A stretch of 54,969 nucleotides of DNA. Source: Chiloscyllium plagiosum. Taxonomy: Eukaryota. Under the pieces are notes generated by a model. The model ran no database searches and was not told where the DNA came from. It worked only from the letters and a program-made list of their open reading frames with translations. A program made the translations under genes and the position numbers. The stretch spans positions 5,967,400 to 6,022,368 of the forward strand of contig NC_057750.1 in assembly GCF_004010195.1 (NCBI RefSeq), in the 5' to 3' direction. Shown here piece after piece: positions 46,236-54,969 of the stretch (position 1 is its first letter; every line of letters begins with the position of its first letter).

Positions 46236-48039
46236 CAGCCAAGATTCCTTTGAAAGGCAGGACAGGCTTGACAGGCTGAATGGCCTTATTAAAAGTTGGC
46301 CTTCTTAAAAGTCAGCCACATTGCTGTTGTCTAGAGCCTCATGTAGGCCAGGATGGCAGATTTCCTTCTGCAAAGGACATTAATGAACCAGATTTTTTTA
46401 AAAATAAAAACTGATGACAGTTTCACAGTCACCATTAAGACACACATGCATCTAATTTCCTTTGGAAAGTAGGCGACTGAATTGGCCTCTCAGGCAGTGC
46501 ATTCCAGAACCTTAACCCTCAGCATTTAAATGAGTATTTTCGCCGTGTCACCCAAGGGTTTCATTTGCTTTAAATCTGTCCCCTCTGGTTAGAGTGTTCT
46601 ATAGTCTCCTGACTCTGTTCGCCTGCAATTCTTTCAAGGATTTATTACTGGCCATTTAAAATTCCAGGCTGTCAGTTTGGGTTTTCTCCAGAAGTGGAAA
46701 TATTAACACCATCCAGCTCCCAGGCTGCCTCTCAGTCTTCCCAGCAATGAGCGAGAACCAGGAACATGAGACCTTTCAGCCCCTGCAGCCTGCTGATCCC
46801 TTCAATAAGATCATGGTTGATCAGGTTGTGATCTTGCCACCACTTTCCTGCTTATCCCTCATAACTTTCAACTCCCTTGCCAATCAACCTCCACTTACCT
46901 TAGCATTGACCATATCCGAAGACTCGTGCAGCGTTCAATGCTTGTTGGGTTAGACGGCTTTAAAGATTCATGACTCTCTGGGACTAGAGTCCACTCTTCT
47001 GGGTCTTAAATAAATATCTCTGGTGCTAAAACTAGTGGAAGACAGAGTCCTCTGCGTTTTTGTGCAATGTGATGCTATAAGGAACCCGAAATGTTAATTG
47101 ATTTCTCTCCACAGACGTTACCAGTCCTGCTGAGCTTCTCCAGCAACCTCTATTTTTGTTTCTGGTTTACAGCATCTTTTGGTTTTTAATAACTACTTAA
47201 ATCACTGCACCAATAATTCAGAGCTCTGAGCTAATGCTCCAAGGACATGGATGGACTTTAAATTCAAGCAGTCCAGAAGAGTCTCAATGATGGTGACCAC
47301 AACAACAACTGTCGATCGTTGCAAAACCAATCTGGTTCACTAATGTCCTTTAGGGAAGGAAATCTGCCATGATACACTTACAATGGAGGCATCCCAGAGA
47401 AGGTTCACTAAGTTAACCCCAAATATGGAAGAAATGTCAGATGAGAAGTTGAGCAGTTTAGAATTTCGAAACAAGTGAGGGAACCTTATTGAAACACAGA
47501 AGATTATTAGAAGGGTTGACCAGAGGGCATAACATCAGAATTTGGGGCCATCCATTTAAGACAGAGATGTGGAAGAATTGCTTAGAGTCATAGAGTCACA
47601 GAGATGTAAAGCACGGAAACAGACCCTTCGGTCCAACTAGTCCATGCCAACCAGATATCCCAATCCAATCCAGCCCCATCTACTGTCTTAGAAAGTAGTG
47701 GATCTGTGGAACTTTATCACAGTGGGCTGCACAGGCTGCGTCATTAAAGATATTCAAGGCTCGGTCATACAGATTTTCAATCAGTAAAGGAGTCAAGGGA
47801 TATGAGGAAAAGGCAGGAAAGTGGAGTTGAGAATTATCAGATCAGCGATGACCTCACTGAATGGTGAAGCAGCTCAATGGCTGAATGACCTATTTCAGCT
47901 CCTGTATTTTATGGTCCTTACCTGATCTGGCCTACATGTAATTCCAGACCCAAAGCAGTGTAACAGCCCTGAAAAGCCATTCAGTTCAAAGGCAATAAAT
48001 AATGGTCTTGCTGAGGTATCCCAGCATTCCATGAAAGCA

Positions 48040-48705
48040 GTACAATGGCTCAGTGGTTTGCACTGCTGCCTCATGGCACCAGGGACCTGGGATGATTCCA
48101 CCCTTGGGTGACTGTGTGGAATTTGCACATTCTGTCCATGTCTGCATGGGTTTTCTCCCACAATACAAATATGTACAGTTAGGGTGGACTGGCTGTGCTA
48201 AGTTTCCCATAGTGTCCAGGGATGCGCAGGCTAGGTGGATTAGCCACAGGATATGCAGGGTTACAGGGATGGAGCGGGATGGGTGCGAGGCTGGGTGGGA
48301 TTCTATTCGGAGGGTCAGTGCAGACTTGATGGACCAAATGGCCTCTACCTGCACTGTAGGGTTTCTACGAATCCAAGATTCTATGGGCGGCACAGTGGTT
48401 AGCACTGCTGCCTCACAGCGCCGGAGACCCGGGTTCAATTCCCGCCTCAGGCGACTGACTGTGTGGAGTTTGCACGTTCTCCCCGTGTCTGCGTGGGTTT
48501 CCTCAGGGTGCTCCGGTTTCCTCCCACAGTCTAAAGATGTGCAGGTCAGGTTAATTGGCCATGCTAAATTGCCCGTAGTGTTAGGAAAGGGGTAAATGTA
48601 GGGGTATGGGTGGGTTGCGCTTCGGCGGGACGGTGTGGACTTGTTGGGCCGAAGGGCCTGTTTCCACACTGTAATGTAACGTAATCTAATCTAATCTAAT
48701 GTAAT
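48040..48705 (+). mobile_element. two head-to-tail HE1-type SINEs (older 48040-48383, young full-length 48384-48705)
   Basis: Two A/B-box heads; the second copy is close to the 12980-13305 copy and has a (CTAAT)n tail. Confidence 0.9.
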
Positions 48706-48896
48706 CTAAAATAAAAGAGGAGAAAGTGAGGACTGCAGATGTTGGAGATTGGAGTCAAAATGAGTGGAAAAGCACAGCAGGTCAGGCAGCATCCGAGGAG
48801 CAAGAAAGTTGATGTTTCGGGCATAAACTCTTCATCAGGAATGTGGGGTGAGTGGCCAAGGGAGCTGAGAGATAAATGGGAGGAGGAGGGGGTATC

Positions 48897-50663
48897 ACAG
48901 AAGAAGGGGAAATACAAACAAATGCTTTATAAATCAAGATACCTGAACATTGACAACCTGACAATGATGAACTTATACACAGCACTGCAATAGATCAATC
49001 ATTAACTAGCCAGACTGATTAAATCAACAACCCAAGACAAAACCATCGTAAATCCAATAAATATTTTTGCATTCAGACACACTCCTGCTCTGAAGAGTGA
49101 GACCAAATTCAAAACATGAATGGTTTCTGTTTCCCAGATGTTGCCAGGCCTGAGTTTCTCCAGCATTCTGTCTTTGTTACAGAGCATTAGATCAATGTCC
49201 AAATGAAAGAATCTAAAATGACAGGAAAACTCAAGATTACTAAATTAACGGATTACACTTGGAGCTTTTTCTTTAAGTGGGATTTGGGATCATCTTCATT
49301 TACCTATCGCCTTCCAAGATACCTTCCCCCCACCCCCCTCCCATTTATCTCTCTTGGGCACCAATTTCCCCCCACATTCCTGATGAAAGGTCATATGCCC
49401 GAAATGTCGACTCTCCAGCTCCTGGAATTCTGTCTGACCTGCTGTGCTTTTCTAGTGCCACACTTTTTTGTCAATGAAAGAAAGACTAGAAACCCCCTCC
49501 TCCCCATCAAGACTTTGTTGAGACCCCTCACAATCTTATAGGTCTCAATAAGATTGCATCACATTTTTCCAACCCATTCACCCCAGGGATTGACCTGACA
49601 GGTCTTCACATCGCAGGCGTGCTCCTTTTTAAATAAGGAGTTAAATAAAGAATTTAAAAACTGTGAGCAGAAAGTGGGAGTGTGCTGGCCAGCTCTTCCA
49701 TGTGGCTGCAGACACAAGCTGACCAGGGTAAAGACCTGAAGGGAACAGGGTGGTGATACACAACTGGGGAGATTCCTGATTCAAATCTGGTAGGAAGAGT
49801 CTAATGATGACCATGAATCCATTGTCGATTGTTGCGGGAAGTCCATTTGGTCCACCAAAGTCCTTTTGGGAAGGAAACTGCCATCCTTACCTGGTCTGAC
49901 TTACATGCAATTGCAGGCCCACAGCAGTGTGCTTGACTCTTTACTGCCCTCTGGGCAATTAGAGACAGGCAACAAATGTGATGGGCTTTTGCCCGAATCG
50001 TTGATTTTCCTGCTCCTCGGATGCTGCCTGACCTGCTGCGCTTTTCCGGCACCACTCTAACCTTGATTGGAACAAACATGATGCCTTCATCCCATCAATG
50101 AATTAACAAAAAGAAACAGACAAAGATCAAAGTGAGGAATTCAAAATTCTCGAGTTGGGGAGTAGGCACAAGAGGGAAAAGCTACGGTTGAGGAGCCTGA
50201 AACAATCTTGGGTGAAGTGAAGTTGAACAGATGCCAGACATGACGAACATTCTTGATAATTTGGAGCAGGATCCCTACCACACCCTCCACCCCCAACGCC
50301 TTGCGTTTAAATCCCAGTGCTCAGTTTGCTTCTGCTTATGTTCTGCCTCAAACTCTGAGGCTGAGCTTTTAAGCTCGAAACCAGGACAAGTCTCACCATG
50401 CTTGATGGAACACAGCTGTGATCTCAGACAGAGGCCAATTCTAAATCCCAGTGGCAAAAACAGCTACATTTCTCAACAATGCAGAACTCCCTTGGTTCAA
50501 AGACTATTAAAATCCACAATAGTTCAGATAAATCCGGTGTTACAGAATAAGGGGAAACACAAACAAATGCTTTAAAAAGCAAGATACCTGAACATTGACA
50601 TCCTGACAATGATGAACTTATACACAGCACTGCAATAGATCATTAACCAGCTGGACTGATTAA
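48897..50663. repeat. direct duplication of about 125 bp (48897-49022 and 50542-50663)
   Basis: Both copies contain CAAGATACCTGAACATTGACA-CCTGACAATGATGAACTTATACACAGCACTGCAATAGATCA. Confidence 0.9.
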
Positions 50664-50874
50664 TCAGCCGTAACAAAGTGTGTGGGTGAGGCCAATAGCA
50701 GCTAAAAAGCTGAAAAGGAGTTTGGGAAGAGCTGGAAAACCAAGACAAAGAGAGACGCTGCAGAAACAAAAATCGGAGAACAAACCAACTTCGAGGATGA
50801 GAGACATTCGGGAGGAGGAGGTGGGTACAGTGCAGAAACTACGAGGGGCTGGTTTTAAACTCAGTACCACTTAC

Positions 50875-51045
50875 AGATTTTCTGTCCTCTCTCCCTTGAG
50901 CTGCAAACAAAGAAGAGGTTGGGATGACAGTTTTTGATTTAGAGGAGAGGAAAAATTTGTTTTCTTGCTGACCTTCTCTCTTTCCCCCGAGCGAGAAAAC
51001 TTTTCTCAAACTTTTCGCTGGCGATCCTAACTTCTCTGCACACTC
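50875..51045 (-). other. candidate first exon of PPP1R13L (5' end approximate)
   Basis: Directly downstream, on the minus strand, of the CpG-rich promoter; donor ATCT|gtaagt at 50874-50869; no ATG in it. Confidence 0.6.
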
Positions 51046-51048
51046 CAG

Positions 51049-51175
51049 GCGCCCCGCCCCGCGCAGGCGCACGACTGCCCGCAGCTGCTGGTCAACGAGC
51101 CAGGTGCTGCCGCCAGGTGGCCGCCCCACCCCGTGCGCAGGCGCAGCGCCGCCACGCCCTCTGGGAGTTGTAGTC
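51049..51175. promoter_or_regulatory. CpG-rich core promoter
   Basis: GC box GCCCCGCCCC 51051-51060; NRF1 motifs CGCGCAGGCGCA 51060-51071 and TGCGCAGGCGCA 51134-51145; CTCF-like GCCGCCAGGTGGC 51109-51121; KLF/Sp GCCACGCCC 51151-51159; ZNF143 ACTACAACTCCCAGAGGGC (minus) 51156-51174. Densest CpG patch in the window. Confidence 0.85.
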
Positions 51176-51344
51176 TTTCTCCATCTCCTTGAAGGATTCC
51201 AGCCACTTCCATTGCCAATTTTTTTTGGAGGAACCTAAGCCAGTTGCCAATCCTCCTGTCCTGTACAGAGTGCAGGAGAACCAGGTTCGAGTCTCACCTG
51301 CTCCAGAAGTGTGTAATAACATATCTGAGCAGTTGATTAGAAAA

Positions 51345-52800
51345 TATCCATAAGACCATCAGAAATAGTAACAATAGGCCATTCAGCTCCTTTAGGGTGC
51401 TCCACCATCACCCCCAAGGCTCGCAGCCTCATTCCTGATGAAAGGCTTTTGCCCGAAGCATCTATTTTCCTGCTCCTCGGACGCTGCCTGCCTGCTGTGC
51501 TTTTCCAGCACCACTCTAGTCTTGAGCCAGATGGCTGATCACGTTCACTTTCCTGACCTTTCCATGTAACTCTTGATTTCTCTGACTGATGAAGAATCAA
51601 TCTACCTCATCCTTAAATATTGGCAAGAAAAATTGGCAAGTCATGTTGCAGCCATGTATAACTTCAGTCAAGCCACATTTGGAATATTGTGAACAGTTCT
51701 GGACACCATACTGCCAAAGGATGTGGAGGCTTTGGGGAGGGTACAGAAACAGTTTACCAGAATGTTGCCTAGTTTGGAGGGTTTTGAGGAGAGAATGGAC
51801 AATCTTGGATCATTTTCATTTGAGCATCAGAGGCTAGAGTTGTACAGCACGAAAACAGACCCTTTGGTCCAACTCGTTCATGCCAACTGAATATTCTATG
51901 ATAATCTAATCCCATTTGCCAGCACTTGGGCCATATCATCTGAACCCTTCCCATTCATATACCCATGCAGATGCCTTTTAAATTATGTGATTGTACCAGC
52001 CTCCACCACTTCCTCTGTCAGCTCATTCCATAGACACACCACCCTCTGTGTGAAAAAAGTTGCTGTTTGAGTCCCCTCTCACCCATAAGCCTATGGTCTG
52101 TAATTCTCGACTCATCACCCCAGGGAAAATACTTTATCTATTTACTCTATCCATTCCCTTCATGATTTTATAAGCCTCTATATGGTTACCCCTCAGCCTC
52201 CGATGCTCCAGGAAAAATAACACCAGCCTATTCAGCCTCTCCCTACAACTCAAACCTTCCAACCCTGGCAACACCCCTGGCTAAGGGGCAACCTGATAGA
52301 ATTTCACAAAATTATGAAAGGCATGGATAGAATAGATAGTCAATGGGACATAGCTTTAACACAGAGAGTGGTAAGTGCCTGGAATGTGCTCCCAGAGGAG
52401 GTAGTAGAAACAGATATCATAGCAACATTTAAGAGACATCTTGGCGGATACATGAATAAACAGGGATCAGAGGGATACAGATAGTATAGAGGGAAAAGAT
52501 TTTTAGTTTAGAAAGGCATCATGTGTCAGCATAGGCTTGGTAGGGCAATGGGCCTTTTCCTGTGCTCTGATGGTCTTTGTCTCTGTCCCCACACCTCTCT
52601 GTGGCAAGGAGTTCCAAAGACTCACAACCCTTTGAGAGACCATAAGACCATAAGAAATAGGGACAAGAGTAGGCCATTCGGCCCCTAGAATCTGCTATGG
52701 GATCATAGCTGATCTGACATTCCACACGCCCACTTTCCTGCCCTTTCCCCATAACTCTTGATTCCTCGACTGATCAAGAATCTATCTCAGCCTTAAATAT
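51345..52800. mobile_element. nest of CR1 fragments in both orientations with a Penelope-like insert at about 51430-51525
   Basis: VKPHLEYCEQFWTPY peptide and several CR1 tails. Confidence 0.8.
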
Positions 52801-53459
52801 ACAGCATTCTATTTTTGATTTTTGTAATCATCCCTCCGCCCTAATTAATCAGATCATAGATCATCCCTTCACTCACTATTCAGCTGTTGACACTTTACTT
52901 ACACCATTTGTACTATCTTTTGACACTCTTAATTCCCTGGAATTATCTTGAAATGATCTCTCCAACTACAAATTCTGTGCTTGTGTGCTTCCCTTTACTT
53001 CACCTGACAAAACAGCAGTGCTCCAAAACCTGTTGGGCTATAACCTAGTGTTGTGTGACTTCGAACTTTATCTACCCCAATCCAACGCCGCCACCTCCAC
53101 ATCTTCAATATACACTGCCCCCACAGCCTTCTCTGCAAGGTGTTCCAAACGACTCACAACTCTCTGAGAGAAGAAATCCCTTTCCTTCTCGGTTTTAAAT
53201 TGGCACCTCTATATTCTGAGACTATGCCCTCTGGTCCTAAATACTCCCGCAAGGGGAAACAACCTCTCAACCTTTACCCTGTCAAGCCCCTCAAGAATCT
53301 TTAACTCCTTATATAGAGGTGCTGCACTTTCCCAAGGAGTTTCCTCTCTCTCAGCAAGTGAATCACCTTAACCTCAGTAAATGAGTGAAACAACTCCACA
53401 GAGGCTGGTATCCCATCACCAAGTCACCCTTTTTTTGTCTGAGACTCTAAATCTCCTGT

Positions 53460-53965
53460 TTATATATATATTTTTTTAACTTTACCACCACACTACCACC
53501 TAACTGCGGTAGCACTTATACTTTCCCCAGCACCCATGTTGTGTATGCGCAGGTGTGAGACACAATGAAAGACACAAGGTGTACAAATCTCTATTCAAGT
53601 TCCACCACCAGAAAGAATGGAAACACCCAAGTGGCCAGTGACAAGCAGTGCCCTTCTTAGAGGGCAATGCTGCATGATCAAAAAGTGGAGGGGAGAGCAG
53701 GGGTTAAATCAAAATAGAGTTGGACGGGGAAATAAGACACTGCATTCCCTGCGGCACCTACCTCTCCTTGAACAGCTCGAGGGTGTTGGCGGATACCGCG
53801 TGCTTCCTCTCCAGAGAAACCTGGGCTCTAACATAGCCGCGGAAGAGGTACAGGCAGTCAGCCCTAACGACTCCCTCCACGGCCCGTGCTTGGACCTGTT
53901 TATAGCCAATTCGGCCAGGCCCAGGAGCAGACCCACAAGGAGATCCTCTGACCTACTCACCCTTT
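53460..53965 (-). mobile_element. L1/Tx1-clade LINE 3' fragment
   Basis: EDLLVGLLLGLAELAINRS, then after a frameshift AVEGVVRADCLYLFRGYVRAQVSLE, resembling the Tx1-type ORF2 C-terminus; followed by a 3' UTR ending in an A-rich run. Confidence 0.65.
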
Positions 53966-54969
53966 ACTTACATGTGCATTATACTTAACACTGGTCAGCG
54001 GGCTGGCCTTATTACACTCACTACAAATGATGAGGCAATCACTTGACTGCCCTAGACTACCGTACGGATTTAAATCACAATCTCCTGCAGCCCAGGGAAA
54101 AAAACTATGGAGACAAAAATAAGGGGGTTAGGGGGCTTAATAAAAAATGTATTTAAAATGTCATTTCCTCAGAACACTTACACAGAAGCATAGATACTTG
54201 TAGGGCTGAAGGTGGCTTCTTCAATGATAGATCAAGCTAGAGTGGCTGACACTATGACAATTTAACCTCAGTTTTATGATTACTCAAGGAAAAGGCTATC
54301 AAGCTCTCAAGACAAGGAACTGAAAGAAAGTTGAACCCATAGACGTGATAGCGAAGGGAACTTTCTCTGTTTTATTTGGGTACTGTGAAGTGATGGCATT
54401 GAGGTAAGTGTAATTTTGTGTCTCAGCATCTTTCAAATTGTGTTCTATGTAAATAGTGTACTTTATCTCAATTTATTTGTGTAATCAACTTCCGTTTTAT
54501 TGTTAAAACCATATCTGTGGCATTATGTGCCTCTGTTTCAGTGGAGGACCACCACATTAAGTAAGCAAAAAAGAACAGAAATGGTTTATCAAGGCAGATT
54601 GCAATCTGGGATCCAGTGGTAATATCAGCTGGGGTCATAAGACTTCCCACATCCATCCTATCCAGACCACATGGATGTTATGGACAAAACCAAACCCTCT
54701 CAAAATATTTTAAGGTAGCCTAGACCCTACCTTCCTGATGCAATGCGACTGGTCAAATTATAGGAAAGGTTTAGAGGGATATGGAACAAGTACTGGCAAA
54801 TGGGACTAAATTAGTTTAGGATATCTGGTCGGCATGGACAAAAGGGTCTCTTTCTGTGCTGTACATCTCAATGATTCTATGATTGTGCTCGATGTTAAGC
54901 AAAACACAATTTATTTAAATACTACAGTTAAAATACTGGAGGGGGGGGAAGGGGAAATGAGGAAGCTGT

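Noticed and set aside
47986..48669. 227-aa and 180-aa overlapping ORFs
   Set aside because: Translations of two adjacent HE1-type SINEs; the same peptides recur at every SINE copy.
50609..50659. ATGATGA...CTGA pair resembling a box C/D snoRNA, present in both copies of the 125-bp duplication
   Set aside because: On the strand opposite the host gene, short, no convincing terminal stem or recognisable rRNA/snRNA guide.
51225..51345. Plus-strand TTG-GAG-GAA-CCT reading like the MEEP start of POLR1G
   Set aside because: No ATG, and the frame runs into a dispersed repeat also seen near 21410 and 30520.

Overview
Eukaryotic, repeat-dense vertebrate DNA. The HE1-type SINEs, CR1 LINEs and Penelope-like fragments point to a cartilaginous fish (shark); this is an inference. 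The window holds almost all of one minus-strand gene, PPP1R13L (iASPP). I reconstructed 11 coding exons by hand (23407 down to 1925). All have GT-AG boundaries and compatible phases, and they total 2817 nt = 939 codons. The short last coding exon was not found and probably lies left of position 1. A compact CpG-rich promoter (Sp/KLF, 2x NRF1, ZNF143, CTCF-like motifs) and a candidate first exon sit at about 50875-51175, roughly 27 kb upstream of the start codon. The most notable points are a coding 75-bp tandem repeat that multiplies RAPSPR/SP motifs, a mix of iASPP-type and ASPP1/2-type residues at known binding motifs, an apparently relocated SxIP motif, and a 5' leader that may be open in frame. 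Introns contain many minimal hammerhead-ribozyme motifs inside Penelope-like fragments, often arranged as hairpins, plus two solo LTRs and a TA-flanked MITE. Comparisons to human proteins are from memory, not from a search. Most other ORFs in the track are transposon debris. Repeat coordinates are approximate unless junctions are stated.
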